Positions 38,119-48,947 of a stretch of DNA of 64,000 bases are shown piece after piece (position 1 is the stretch's first letter; every line of letters begins with the position of its first letter). The DNA comes from Smithellaceae bacterium. Its GTDB lineage: Bacteria; Desulfobacterota; Syntrophia; Syntrophales; Smithellaceae. The notes under the pieces were generated by a model. It had not been told where the DNA came from, did no database searches, and worked only from the letters and a program-made list of their open reading frames with translations. Location: contig CAXXVL010000001.1 of the NCBI GenBank assembly GCA_963667845.2, positions 928,001 to 992,000 on the forward strand. The letters run 5' to 3'. A program made the position numbers and the translations under genes.

Positions 38119-40608
38119 ATGAGTGAAAAATTTTTTCCAGTGGTTATCACGCAAAAGACAGCAGGTGGATTTGAGGCAATCATCGGATTGGAATTAAAGT
38201 CGCTTCTGAAAGGTTCCTTGTTTTTTGACAAAAACCAGACAGATGACGCGGAGGGCAGTGGCATTTCCGCCAATCTACATAAATTAACCGTGCTACGCGA
38301 AGGATTTATCCAGGCGGTTTCAGCATGGCCGGGAACAATCAGGCTTGAACTGCGAATGACGTCGCTGCCGAACCTTCAGTTTAATGCGCGGGGGCGCGTA
38401 CTCATTACACTGATTCTGCGTACCGTGGCACAAACAGAAATTAAGGCAAAGCAGGATGTTCTTGTTAAATACATTGTACTGCGCGGTTTGGTACAATCTC
38501 ACATGCCCGAGGCTGAATTTACACCGATTGAAAAACAAGATGACCTGATGTTTCGCATGTCACCATTTGAGCCGGCTTATGCGTTGACCGTAAAACGGCG
38601 GATGGAAAAAATTCAAGTATCCGTCGGATACAAAAGGAAACTCATTGCTGGATTAGCATTAAATAATGAACCACGCGAAGAGGTCGAGAAAGGATATTCT
38701 TTGAAGTATTTATATCCCTGGGCTCCGTCAATGGATGACTGGTCGCGATTAATTAATGTGATGCTTTGCCAACTTGATCCCATGCAGTTGATCGTTCGGT
38801 TACAAACTACTAAAACGACCCGCTATCAGCAAAAATGGATGGAGACATATATCCACTTGTGTGAACGTCATCTATGGTCTGGTGCGCGCTATCAACTGAG
38901 TCTTCAACATCAGATTAAACCTGTGCTCAACTCACTTATTAAACAGCAAACCGAATTATCAAATAACGTTTTTCATGTGGGAGTGTTTCTTACTTGTGAA
39001 CATCCGATTGATCAGGTGCTGGGCGGTATGGTCGGGCAGGCCGTGACGGTCAGAAATACACTTTCTTCAAATGACATTTTTTTGAATGGTGGTTACACTA
39101 TTGCTCCGGTAGATGTAAAAAAAGCCGCAATCAGTAATTATTATCCGGACAAAGTTCCCTATACCGTGAGTGAAACCGCCTGTGCTTTCCGTCTGCCTTC
39201 GCCGCCGATGCAGGAACTTCCAGGGTTGCCGATACGACGCTCACGGACCTTGCTTTCGCTGTTACCTGATCTGGGACAGGATACTGAAGACGGCGTTGAT
39301 TTGTGCCGGAATATTCACAACGGCATGTCGCAGCCAATACGCCTGCCTGCTGACGACCGCATGAGACACACATTCATTATCGGTCAGACCGGTACAGGGA
39401 AATCGACCATGATGGAATCTATGGTTTCGCAGGATATTCTCGATGGTCATGGGGTGGCAGTCATTGATCCACATGGGGAAATGGTTGATAATATTCTAGG
39501 CAAGATACCTGAATCGAGAATGGATGATGTTATCCTTTTCGATGTGCTCGATCGTCAAAGGCCTTTGGGATTTAATATTTTGCAGTGGAGAACCCTGGAA
39601 GAAAGAGATTTTGTCATTGATGAACTCTACAATACCATTGATAAGATTTATGACATGCGTACAACCGGAGGCCCCATGTTTGAAAGTTACATGAGGGGTA
39701 TGCTTCGATTACTGATGGGTAGCAAGCAGTCAGAAGACTATAAACCGACCCTTCTCGAATTTAGTAATTGTTACATTTATAAAGGATTCAGACGTTGGCT
39801 TGTAGGACGTAATGATGAAAAGATAACAAAAGATTTCATCAAAGAGGTAGAGAAAGCTGGTGGCGAAGCTCATCTCGACAACATGTCGCCTTATGTCACT
39901 TCCAAATTTAGCAGGTTCATAAATGATGCAACTCTTGTGAATATTCTGGGGCAGGAGGAATCAGCATTAAATTTTGAAGAGATTATGGCGCAGGGCAAAA
40001 TACTGCTGGTTAAATTGGGTAAAGGTCGTTTTGGGTCATCAGTAAGTGCTTTATTGGCCAACCAGTTGGTCGCGCACTTCAAGCATGCGGCCATGAAACG
40101 GGGTGAAATGCGTCCTGAAGAGAGACGCGATTTTTACTTGTATGTTGATGAATGTCAAAATCTTCCCGCATCGAATTTTACCGAACTTTTATCGGAAGCA
40201 CGCAAATATAGAATGGGCTTAGTTCTGGCGACACAATATGCATCTCAGCTTAAAAGTGTAAATCAAAAAGATGATTTGTTATCCGCCATTTTGGGAAATG
40301 TGGGATGCCTGACGATATTTCGTCTAGGTCAGGAGGACGCAAGACTTTTGGCACAGTCGCTTTATCCATATTTTAGCACGATGGATATCATTGGATTGCC
40401 AAACTGGCAGGGTTACTGCCGGTTGCAGATCAGAAATCACGCGGTTACACCATTTAGTTTTGAAAGTGTGATGGATAAAACACCTTATGATCATAAGGTC
40501 GCCCGAAAGGTTCGGGATCTTTCTCGCCAGATTTACGGCTGTGATGTTGAGACTATTAAAAAACAAATTGAGAGACGCCAGCACATCTGGGAAACCAATG
40601 AAGAGTAA
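38119..40608 (+). CDS. VirD4/TraG/HerA-like P-loop ATPase (type IV secretion coupling/DUF87-like)
   Basis: RMRHTFIIGQTGTGKST (Walker A), IDPHGE, LYVDECQN (Walker B), SEARKY and ATQ motifs. Confidence 0.85.
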   Translation: MSEKFFPVVITQKTAGGFEAIIGLELKSLLKGSLFFDKNQTDDAEGSGISANLHKLTVLREGFIQAVSAWPGTIRLELRMTSLPNLQFNARGRVLITLILRTVAQTEIKAKQDVLVKYIVLRGLVQSHMPEAEFTPIEKQDDLMFRMSPFEPAYALTVKRRMEKIQVSVGYKRKLIAGLALNNEPREEVEKGYSLKYLYPWAPSMDDWSRLINVMLCQLDPMQLIVRLQTTKTTRYQQKWMETYIHLCERHLWSGARYQLSLQHQIKPVLNSLIKQQTELSNNVFHVGVFLTCEHPIDQVLGGMVGQAVTVRNTLSSNDIFLNGGYTIAPVDVKKAAISNYYPDKVPYTVSETACAFRLPSPPMQELPGLPIRRSRTLLSLLPDLGQDTEDGVDLCRNIHNGMSQPIRLPADDRMRHTFIIGQTGTGKSTMMESMVSQDILDGHGVAVIDPHGEMVDNILGKIPESRMDDVILFDVLDRQRPLGFNILQWRTLEERDFVIDELYNTIDKIYDMRTTGGPMFESYMRGMLRLLMGSKQSEDYKPTLLEFSNCYIYKGFRRWLVGRNDEKITKDFIKEVEKAGGEAHLDNMSPYVTSKFSRFINDATLVNILGQEESALNFEEIMAQGKILLVKLGKGRFGSSVSALLANQLVAHFKHAAMKRGEMRPEERRDFYLYVDECQNLPASNFTELLSEARKYRMGLVLATQYASQLKSVNQKDDLLSAILGNVGCLTIFRLGQEDARLLAQSLYPYFSTMDIIGLPNWQGYCRLQIRNHAVTPFSFESVMDKTPYDHKVARKVRDLSRQIYGCDVETIKKQIERRQHIWETNEE

Positions 40609-40620
40609 AAGGGGATTCAA

Positions 40621-40797
40621 ATGTCAGCATCATTCATAGGACGTGTAAGATCGGGAAGTGGAAAGAGCTGTGAAGTAAAATGGGATCAAACCAATAGAGA
40701 TGTTTACGTTGCCTATGCCGGATGGTCTTATGTTGGCAAAGCGTCTTCCGCTAATGAAGCAATGAATAAAGCAGAAGCCTATCTTTACAACAAATAA
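40621..40797 (+). CDS. 58-aa hypothetical protein (not in the ORF track)
   Basis: AGGGG RBS; MSASFIGRVRSGSGKSCEVKWDQTNRDVYVAYAGWSYVGKASSANEAMNKAEAYLYNK. Confidence 0.65.
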   Translation: MSASFIGRVRSGSGKSCEVKWDQTNRDVYVAYAGWSYVGKASSANEAMNKAEAYLYNK

Positions 40798-40848
40798 TTG
40801 CCTTGGCGGGCATAACTATTTTTACCAATTGAATAAGGAGGTAACGTT

Positions 40849-40992
40849 ATGACGGAACGAATATGCGACTGTTGTGGAAAAAAGCGACAAGTAAGTGGAG
40901 CTGAGACTTGTGAAAAAGGGCATTTCATTTGTTCAGTATGTCACGGTGGCGGGCGTGGTACGTGTCCTCTGTGCAAGAAGAAACTTAAATAA
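40849..40992 (+). CDS. 47-aa stand-alone C3HC4 RING-finger-like protein (not in the ORF track)
   Basis: AAGGAGGT RBS; C-x2-C-x11-C-x3-H-x2-C-x2-C-x7-C-x2-C. Confidence 0.7.
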   Translation: MTERICDCCGKKRQVSGAETCEKGHFICSVCHGGGRGTCPLCKKKLK

Positions 40993-41075
40993 CTTGAAAA
41001 TACTTTCTATGATCACTATTTGAATCGTCCAGTAAGGTCTAATAATGATGATCTCTGATTAGGATGTGGTAATCT

Positions 41076-41600
41076 ATGTCAATGAATATTTCACAAGGTA
41101 ATGTCCTCGATGCTAAAGCCGATGCGATCATCCTGACTGTCGATGGTGCCGCCGAGGGGATGGAAGGAAATCTGAGCAGGAAATTTGCCTTGCGTTGGCC
41201 GGATGTCTGGCGCGAGATAAAGGATGAAATCAGGTATCCAATTCCACTGGGCAAAGTCATTGAATTTGAACCTGTCACCGATTGTGCCTTTCAATTCATT
41301 ATGCTTGCTTCAACGCTTCACCATCGTGATGTGTTCAGTGATGTGGCTAAGCAAGGGATCATTCGCGATGCAACAGAAAAATCCATGAGAATTGCTGACA
41401 AATATAGCATAAGCACGATTGCTGCGCCTGTGATGGTTGGCGGCTGGCGCTTGACCTTGCAGAATGCTTTTCTTTCCATGGTTGATGGATACGAATCTGC
41501 CCGGAGAAGTAATATCGATGTGAATCTTGATATTTACATTCTTCAAACCAATGATTATGAAAACATTAAATCTCTTGCTGGAAATATAGGATGGCGATGA
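41076..41600 (+). CDS. Macro domain protein
   Basis: ISQGNVLDAKADAII..G.EG.L...F, G.VI, and SISTIAAPVMVGG pattern. Confidence 0.7.
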   Translation: MSMNISQGNVLDAKADAIILTVDGAAEGMEGNLSRKFALRWPDVWREIKDEIRYPIPLGKVIEFEPVTDCAFQFIMLASTLHHRDVFSDVAKQGIIRDATEKSMRIADKYSISTIAAPVMVGGWRLTLQNAFLSMVDGYESARRSNIDVNLDIYILQTNDYENIKSLAGNIGWR

Positions 41601-41686
41601 ATTTGCTGATGGTCTTCTAAAATAGTGTCTCCGCTAACCAAGCCAAGGGAGACAGAGTTACTAAACAATACTTCCCATATCTGACC

Positions 41687-42553
41687 TTACCCCGAAACAT
41701 GTACCAAGTTTAAATTGAGTCTTTGGTCCTGTAGCATAGTTTGATGTTCTTTGACAAATTCATAAGGCGTTCTGTCTCCGAGAGAGCTGTGCGGGCGCTC
41801 TTCGTTGTATTCAATGCGCCACTTCTCTATGAGATATTGTGCATGCTTGAGATTTAGAAACCAATGCTCATTAAGACATTCATCCCGCGGTTTGCCATTG
41901 AAACTCTCGATAAATCCATTGTCCATCGGTTTCCCCGGTCGCGTATACTGGAGGTGAATTCTTCTTTGTTCAGCCCATTGCTGAAAATGTTTCCCCGTAA
42001 ATTCTGGCCCATGATCTACACGAATAGATCCCGGATAGCCTTGAATCACTGCACGTTGGTCCAAAAAGGCGGTTACCCTGTGTCCGGGAATTGATGCTTG
42101 CGCCAAAAGTCCAGGGCATGCCCTGGTATAATCATCCACGATAGTCAATACCCTGAGTTTCCGGCCATCAGTGCAAGAATCATGGACAAAGTCCATAGAC
42201 CATATCTCATTGGGTGTGGTTGCCTCGGGCAAAGGAACCCGGAGAAAAATCCCCCGTTTCTTTTTTCTCTTCCTGCGAATGGACAAGCTTTCTTCGGCAT
42301 AGATCCGCTCGGTCCGTTTGTGGTTTTTAACCAGCTTTTCTTTCTTCAGCAAAGTGTGAAGCCGGGGGCTTCCGTATCGTTTATGTTTATTGGCCGGTGC
42401 CCTCATTCTTTTTCGCAGATCCTGATCGTCTTTCCTGGTCTCCTGATAGCGGTTCGCCGATCTGGAAAGACTCACCAAGCGGCAAGCTTTTCGTTCACTT
42501 TGCCCAAAGGCGGAAACCACATGTGTAACCGCGGCTCTCTTCGCTTTGGGCAT
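41687..42553 (-). CDS. IS3 transposase OrfB (DDE)
   Basis: WSMDF, IVDDYTR, DHGPEF and [17 protein letters not shown] motifs. Confidence 0.92.
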   Translation of the reverse strand: MPKAKRAAVTHVVSAFGQSERKACRLVSLSRSANRYQETRKDDQDLRKRMRAPANKHKRYGSPRLHTLLKKEKLVKNHKRTERIYAEESLSIRRKRKKKRGIFLRVPLPEATTPNEIWSMDFVHDSCTDGRKLRVLTIVDDYTRACPGLLAQASIPGHRVTAFLDQRAVIQGYPGSIRVDHGPEFTGKHFQQWAEQRRIHLQYTRPGKPMDNGFIESFNGKPRDECLNEHWFLNLKHAQYLIEKWRIEYNEERPHSSLGDRTPYEFVKEHQTMLQDQRLNLNLVHVSG

Positions 42554-42819
42554 TAGAAGTTTTTTCCTAAAAGATCCTTCAGAATCTTATTGTCCAGGCT
42601 TAAATCGGCAACCAGCCCTTTCAGTTTCCGGTTTTCATCTTCCAAGACTTTAAGGCGCATCGCATCGCTGACATCCATGCCGGCGTACTTGCTCTTCCAG
42701 TTATAAAACGTCTGCTCTGATATCCCGTATTTCCGGCATATATCGATGTTCTTGACGCCCATTTCTGATTCTTTGATGATCTTTATGATTTGTTCCGGTG
42801 TAAATCGTTTCCCTTTCAT
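42553..42819 (-). CDS. IS3 transposase OrfA (HTH)
   Basis: [36 protein letters not shown]. Confidence 0.92.
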   Translation of the reverse strand: MKGKRFTPEQIIKIIKESEMGVKNIDICRKYGISEQTFYNWKSKYAGMDVSDAMRLKVLEDENRKLKGLVADLSLDNKILKDLLGKNF

Positions 42820-43543
42820 CCGATCGTTCTCTCTTTCTGATTTCATTATTATCAGGAAGGACTCAAATTGAAAATGGATCAGTTTTCGGGGGGAAGGTCA
42901 GGCGCGTAACTAGAAATCATTTTTGTTTGCATAACCAAACATTATTCTCTCATGATTTCGAAATCAATTTGTAATGTTTTGTTAAATTCAACGCTTTATC
43001 TATTAGCACTTCGATTGGGTTTAATAACATATGAATCACTGAAAAATATAAATAATGAAAATTGAAAAACTGAAAATTGTCGTTAATGTGGCAAAAAAGA
43101 TGAACAAAATGATACTGATAAATATTCGAAGTTGTCGGGACATTGATGAACAAGATCTTGTTGATGCAAGCTACATCAATTAATGCCAGGTGAAAAAAAA
43201 GGAAAGAGGGGCGTTGTGTCAAATATTATTGGAATTGATATTAGCCGTATTGATGAGGTTATCAGAAGAAAATTTGTGGCAAAAAAATACCATGACGACA
43301 TTTTAATAGCTTTGTGTGTAATATTTCGCGGAATAAATATATCTTCAAATAAAAATAAAAAAGTTGATATGGATTTCATAAAAAGACAGCTTCCATTAAA
43401 TTTGGAGTTGTATTTACTGCTCAAAAAGCCAGAGGCCGAATTAGCCAAAAAAATCAAACAAGCTTTCTCGGAGATTATAGCCAAATTCTTCTAATATTTA
43501 GATAGAGATAAATATCTGCTTTCTACTCCTTTTGCTGTCATCT

Positions 43544-44263
43544 TTATTCTGTGTATGCATCATATTCCACCAGCAGAACAGTGATGTCATCCTGTGAGCC
43601 TTTTGTGCGGGCGCGTCGAGCGAGGTCTTCGACGGCTTTTTTGAGATCGTCGCCGTGTTCCTCGACAATAGCCGCGGCTGCGGCGGGATTGTATGTTTTC
43701 GTAATGCCGTCGGAGATCAGCAGGATGCGATCGTAGTTTCTCAGTGAGTGATTGGTGACATCTATTTGTAAATTGGCACCCAGGCCGAAATAGCGATAAA
43801 TGGCACCATCAAGTTCGTGAAGATGGGTCAATTGGGTTGCTTTTCCGTCCCGAATCAGTAAGGCAACCGTATCGCCGGCGTGAAAGACGAAGAGTTTTTT
43901 ATCATGAATCCAGATAACGCTTCCCGCGCAGCCACCAAGAGGGCGATCTGTTCCGGGCATGAATCCCCAGTCGAAGACCTCTTTATTCGCCGAAAAAAGC
44001 AGATCATGGATGCCTTCCCATGTGACGGCACAGGATTCGGGGCGTGAGTAATATGTGAGTAGCGCATCACACATATGCTGGGCGGAATGCATCCCCTCCG
44101 GCGCACTTCCGATACCGTCGAAAACAGCAAATATTTCTCCGCGTTCTTGACGTTTAACCACACGTTTTGTCAGGGGAAAGAGAGCGTAACGGTCTTCACA
44201 ATGTTTGTGTTTCGGCCCTTTGGAAAAGGCGACGGCGGCACATCCAAGTCTTTCTGATTCCAT
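43544..44263 (-). CDS. PP2C-like Ser/Thr phosphatase
   Basis: CEDR, AVFDGIG, HAGDT, ISDG and GSQDDIT motifs; AGGAGGT RBS. Confidence 0.8.
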   Translation of the reverse strand: MESERLGCAAVAFSKGPKHKHCEDRYALFPLTKRVVKRQERGEIFAVFDGIGSAPEGMHSAQHMCDALLTYYSRPESCAVTWEGIHDLLFSANKEVFDWGFMPGTDRPLGGCAGSVIWIHDKKLFVFHAGDTVALLIRDGKATQLTHLHELDGAIYRYFGLGANLQIDVTNHSLRNYDRILLISDGITKTYNPAAAAAIVEEHGDDLKKAVEDLARRARTKGSQDDITVLLVEYDAYTE

Positions 44264-44918
44264 GAAGTCAGATACCTCCTTTATTGAAAGAATTGTGCAT
44301 GGTGAATGTTTGTTTGATTCATTAGTTTATATAAACGATGTTTAAATAGATAGATAACAGGGAAGTCACCGAATAGTTATAAGTTGCAAAAAAAGCATTC
44401 CCAATTCAAACGTTGTTACAATTTGCATCGCAGTAATTTGAACTAAGGTCACTATCACCACGTTCTTACTAATAATTAATCGCATAATAATTAAGTACTA
44501 TTTGTCCACCTTCCACGAATATTTTGTAATAAAGATGAATTATCCGCGTTTGTAAATCATAACAGACATCAAATAAAAAAATCTTTTTCAGCTGCTGTAA
44601 TTATTCCCGACAAAAGATGTTATTAGTTGTTGACGCGTAAACCAATAAAAGTTCGGGTGGAAATTGATCTTATCAAAAAGAGAAATTTAAAATATTGAGC
44701 TGCTTAAAAAAGTCAATACCTCATGGGAAATCGCAAGGATTTTTAAAGGTAAGTGAGCGAACTGTAAATATTCATGTCAACTATGACAGGTTACAGAAAG
44801 TATTATTTGTTTTAATAACCGTTCGCAATTGAAAAAATATCAAACGAAAATATTATTTCAGACACTGTTATTTACCTCAATAATAAACGTTATTAGGTTT
44901 AAAGAGTAAGTCAATGAG

Positions 44919-45923
44919 GTGGAATGGATGAGGCAGTATGGTATTCGTACAGAAAGAGGCTCGCTGTCGGTTTACGTATTAGCGCCGGAGAGATTCAACG
45001 GTGAATACGATAAAAGAAGTCCGCTTTATGTTCTGGGAACGCTGATGGTCAGTAGTCTGGCCATGATGGGTAATCTGTGCAAGGCATTATATAGAAGATC
45101 CAGAAACGGGTACGGTCCGTTGGGCAGATATCTCAGTGAGATGGGGCGGGATGAAGAACATGTGTCAAGTTTTGCCGTGGACCGTTTCAGCCGGTTCAAT
45201 CATCAGGCCAAGTATGGTGCGGCCGGGTGGCGCTCACTTGATATGTTTTATAACTACCATGAGAAAATCAAACCCCAACTGAACGGTGATTTTGAGGGCT
45301 GGCTAACCCGTCACTGGATGGGCAAGTTTGAAAACCGTCAGGCTGTAACCAACCGATTTAAAATTTCCATCAATACACTGGTTAAGGCTATCGAGAACTT
45401 TGCGGCGGAAAAAGAAATCCGGATTCTTTCCCTTGCCTCCGGCTCCGTGCAGGCCGCGGTGGAAGCCATGAAGAAGTGCCCGCAACTGAATGTCAAAGCC
45501 GTGTTGATTGAAGCGGATATCAGCGCGATTGAAGAAGCGAAAAAGCTTGTAGTGGAAGCCGGGTTTAATGATCATTTTTCCTTTGTTCACGATACGAGCA
45601 ATGCGCTGGAAAAAGTTACCGGGGCATTTATGCCGCATATCATTGAGATGGTGGGATTCCTGGACTACTGTCCCCGCCAGCAAGCCATTGCCTTGATTAA
45701 TCGCATTAGAATGAGATTGCCTGTCGGCAGTGTATTCATTACCTGCAATATCCGCCCCAACCGGGAAAAGATATTCCTCGACTGGGTGCTACTGTGGCCG
45801 ATGATCTATCGCACCGAGCATGAATTGGCGGACCTGATCGTTAAAGGCGGTTTTTCACCGAAAAAGACGCAATTGATTTATGAGCCGTTTCAGATTCACG
45901 GCATCGCTGTGTGTAGGAAATAG
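44919..45923 (+). CDS. Class I SAM-dependent methyltransferase-like protein
   Basis: IRILSLASGS motif I, LIEAD motif II, and EMVGFLDY motif IV. Confidence 0.7.
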   Translation: MEWMRQYGIRTERGSLSVYVLAPERFNGEYDKRSPLYVLGTLMVSSLAMMGNLCKALYRRSRNGYGPLGRYLSEMGRDEEHVSSFAVDRFSRFNHQAKYGAAGWRSLDMFYNYHEKIKPQLNGDFEGWLTRHWMGKFENRQAVTNRFKISINTLVKAIENFAAEKEIRILSLASGSVQAAVEAMKKCPQLNVKAVLIEADISAIEEAKKLVVEAGFNDHFSFVHDTSNALEKVTGAFMPHIIEMVGFLDYCPRQQAIALINRIRMRLPVGSVFITCNIRPNREKIFLDWVLLWPMIYRTEHELADLIVKGGFSPKKTQLIYEPFQIHGIAVCRK

Positions 45924-45925
45924 AT

Positions 45926-46315
45926 ATGGGTTACGGTGAGAAGGTATTTATGGCAACCATCATTCAGATTGATTTTAAACTAATAGATGAAAGAGTTAAA
46001 CATTACCTTAAGGTAAAAAAAAGGCAAAAGAAAATCTCGACGGGTGATGTTATTGCCCTGCTGACGGTTTTGGAAGGAGCCTCTTTCCCATCTGTTCCTG
46101 ACAGAATCAACGAACCGGAGGAACAAATTGATTATAGGAAGGTTCAGTCATCTTTATCGAATCAAGGTAATCCCCTTTGTAAGACCTTTACCAAACTAGA
46201 ATATTGGTTTCAGATCTCACAGATAATCAATGGTGAAAAGTTAGAGGCAAACCAGGCAAGAACGGAACTTGCAAAAATTATGGTAAACTTTATATGCCGA
46301 AGCAAAACAATATAG
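45926..46315 (+). CDS. Hypothetical protein
   Basis: 129-aa ORF in operon-like packing. Confidence 0.45.
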   Translation: MGYGEKVFMATIIQIDFKLIDERVKHYLKVKKRQKKISTGDVIALLTVLEGASFPSVPDRINEPEEQIDYRKVQSSLSNQGNPLCKTFTKLEYWFQISQIINGEKLEANQARTELAKIMVNFICRSKTI

Positions 46316-46770
46316 TCTCTCCAATAATTATATCGCATAGAATATTACTTGTTGAAGACGACCAAGAACGCGTAAACACGTTAATTTCTTATATGCCGAA
46401 ATATGTCAAGGTAGTACATGGTGTATCGGCGGGCAGAGCGATTGGTATTTTAAGAGTTGATCATAGAACCCGCAGGGACAAGTCGCCTTATTGTGGTATT
46501 ATGCTTGATCATGATCTGCAAGAACAAATCGTTTGTATAGAAGACGGCCAGTTATCCGGCATGAACGTAGAGGACGTTATCATAAATTGTGTTCCTCGCA
46601 ATGTTCCCAGCCTTGTCCACTCAATGAATCTATCTGAAGCACCTATGATGGTCAAGAAGCTCAAAAGTGCCGGTTTTAGTGTTACAAGGATGCCGATGAG
46701 GGAAATGACTGAAGCAAAGCTTTTAGCGTGGCTGGAGGATGAGTGTGAAATCAATGATGATAATATCTAA
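46294..46770 (+). CDS. Receiver-like domain of the cyclic-phosphate-processing (cREC) type
   Basis: ILLVEDD..R, MLDHDL, GMNV and VHSMN motifs. Confidence 0.6.
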   Translation: MPKQNNIVSPIIISHRILLVEDDQERVNTLISYMPKYVKVVHGVSAGRAIGILRVDHRTRRDKSPYCGIMLDHDLQEQIVCIEDGQLSGMNVEDVIINCVPRNVPSLVHSMNLSEAPMMVKKLKSAGFSVTRMPMREMTEAKLLAWLEDECEINDDNI

Positions 46771-47347
46771 GATTCGACAGCTTGATACGAGACTGATCCA
46801 TGATTTCAAAGAAACCTATTTGAAAACGCCGGAAGAAGGCTTTTCTGAACGTATACAGATGACCACATTTGCGGTTGCATCTATATTAATCACTCTTGCT
46901 CACGAATTAATATACATGATCGCAATATTTTCTGCTAGCAGCATCTTTTTCTCTACATGGGCAATCTATACGTGGCGCACGTTTTATATCTTGACGAAAG
47001 AGGGGAAAAATATGGACGAACCATTTTTTATCTATGGTCCTGTAAGTCCACTTAGAATCTGCGCTTTCATCCCGGCTGTCATTTTTATGTTTTTATTATT
47101 TATTATGCCGCGTATGATACCAGCTATGCCTGAATGTACCTGGCATAAAACTGTAATCAGACCAATCAGTATCTTATACTCTATTGCCCTTTCAATTGTA
47201 ATGGTGGAGTTTATCCGATTTGTCGGTGCTCATAAGAATTGGAATCTGAGCCGTCATTTTATGTATGTCTTTTTGTTAATGGTTGTGAGTTTTATTTACT
47301 TTGTCTTCATCACACACAGGATGTACAATATCCACTATGAATTTTAA
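46739..47347 (+). CDS. Hypothetical membrane protein
   Basis: Several hydrophobic segments. Confidence 0.55.
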   Translation: MSVKSMMIISKIRQLDTRLIHDFKETYLKTPEEGFSERIQMTTFAVASILITLAHELIYMIAIFSASSIFFSTWAIYTWRTFYILTKEGKNMDEPFFIYGPVSPLRICAFIPAVIFMFLLFIMPRMIPAMPECTWHKTVIRPISILYSIALSIVMVEFIRFVGAHKNWNLSRHFMYVFLLMVVSFIYFVFITHRMYNIHYEF

Positions 47348-47362
47348 TTTAGAGACAATAAA

Positions 47363-48871
47363 ATGAAAAATGCTTCGTTTGAAATACCTTACCGGCTGGA
47401 CACGGTTGAAGACATAAAAAAGGCTCTGAACAGTAATCTCCTTGGAATGAGATCTGATTATCGAAACCTCATGGCCTGGGCTGAAAAAGCAACTCTTCAT
47501 CATCCTCCGGCCCTTACTCAGGCCAAGAATAAGGTTACTAAGGAGTTTGTGAAAATACATGAGGAAAAAATCAAGGATGTCAAAATCTCTTTTCATCAGG
47601 TTGCCAATCTGCCGTTGGTGGACTATTACCCATTGATCATAGGTGCTATTCCCTGGGTTCAAAAAATTGCTTGTCATGAAAACTTGTTTCAATATTTTCA
47701 TTCCCTACCGGTGGAGATTCGTGAGCGCTGTCTGCTTGTGGCGATTCCGGATTCGCCCACGGGAATGTATGCCGCCGTACTCGCCATCCGCAAACTTTTG
47801 CGACGGGAAATGGTCGTTTATCTGAAGGCCCAAAAGACATCAATGCTCAGCCTCACGCAATTAAAACAGAGCCTTGTTGCCTTAACCATATTCGCGGCAA
47901 ATAACGAGGATATCCTCAGTGCCATGAAAACAGAAAAAACAGATGCGAGCGTCCAGATTCATCAAAATGCTGTGGCGGAGATTCTTTTTGCAAGATTGCC
48001 GCAAACAATTCGCGGATTGTTGGCCAAAGAGGTTGGCAACCTGGCCCAAAAACTGTCTTCAAAGATGTCCAAACTCAACTTTACATCACGCCATATTATG
48101 AACTTGATGGGCTACGTCAAACCAAACATGACTTTTGATGACCTGTTGATAGCTATGGACAGGATTGATGGTGTGGCCATGAAAATATCCGCCCCCCAGG
48201 AATCAAAAGACAGACTTCATGATTATATAGGGTCGCTGAAGAGAAACATACAACGCGCTCCCTTGCTTTACAGAACCCTTTTCCTCACGGGGGAGCTGGA
48301 CAAATATCAGCAGCTTTATCGTCCTACAAAGGTCATGTGTTCTGAAGAAACTGTGAATACTAGGACCGTCAATCACTTTACAAGACTCAGTACACTGGAT
48401 TTCTATCCTACCAAAGACTATCTTGATTATCTTAAAGGAAGTATCTCCAATGATTGCACCGGGACTTCACTTGGAGAAAAGCATTTGTTGACACCACAGT
48501 TCTTCAATATCCGGATATTCAAGAATGAAGATTGGATTGGCAATATATACATGCTTGATTTCTGTCAGGACCAAGGGGCATTACTCATCGATCGCATACA
48601 GATTTCCAGAAGCCTTAATGTCTTTTATGGTCAATTTTTTGATTACCTCAGAGATATGCTAATCGAGATGTTCAATAGCGTTCAATATAGATACATCCTG
48701 ATGCCTTTAACTATTTCCAATCATGAAACGATACAAAAGATTTTCAACGAATACAGAAAAGGGTTATCCAAAAAAACCAAGCTGCATGATTCTTCATATA
48801 GCATGTATTTTGAAAGCCTGAGAGGCAGAAAATCCTATTATGTGCTATATGAACGGCCAGAGGAGAGATAG
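47363..48871 (+). CDS. Hypothetical protein
   Basis: 502-aa ORF; no motif recognised. Confidence 0.7.
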   Translation: MKNASFEIPYRLDTVEDIKKALNSNLLGMRSDYRNLMAWAEKATLHHPPALTQAKNKVTKEFVKIHEEKIKDVKISFHQVANLPLVDYYPLIIGAIPWVQKIACHENLFQYFHSLPVEIRERCLLVAIPDSPTGMYAAVLAIRKLLRREMVVYLKAQKTSMLSLTQLKQSLVALTIFAANNEDILSAMKTEKTDASVQIHQNAVAEILFARLPQTIRGLLAKEVGNLAQKLSSKMSKLNFTSRHIMNLMGYVKPNMTFDDLLIAMDRIDGVAMKISAPQESKDRLHDYIGSLKRNIQRAPLLYRTLFLTGELDKYQQLYRPTKVMCSEETVNTRTVNHFTRLSTLDFYPTKDYLDYLKGSISNDCTGTSLGEKHLLTPQFFNIRIFKNEDWIGNIYMLDFCQDQGALLIDRIQISRSLNVFYGQFFDYLRDMLIEMFNSVQYRYILMPLTISNHETIQKIFNEYRKGLSKKTKLHDSSYSMYFESLRGRKSYYVLYERPEER

Positions 48872-48947
48872 TAAAAAGAATTGGCTGATCATTATCTTGA
48901 CTGATTGAAGATTCCTGTGCAAACTATAAACAGATGAACGTGTCGGG

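Larger units (their letters stand above)
41682..42900 (-). mobile_element. IS3-family (IS407-group-like) insertion sequence, 1219 bp
   Basis: Terminal IRs TGACCTTACCCCGAAA / TTTTCGGGGGGAAGGTCA; orfA/orfB arrangement with A-AAA-AAC slippery site. Confidence 0.92.

Noticed and set aside
38119..40608. Conjugative element/ICE
   Set aside because: No relaxase, VirB4 or mating-pair genes in the window.
42950..43494. Overlapping small ORFs in the AT-rich stretch after the IS
   Set aside because: No motif or clear RBS; cannot choose a real frame.
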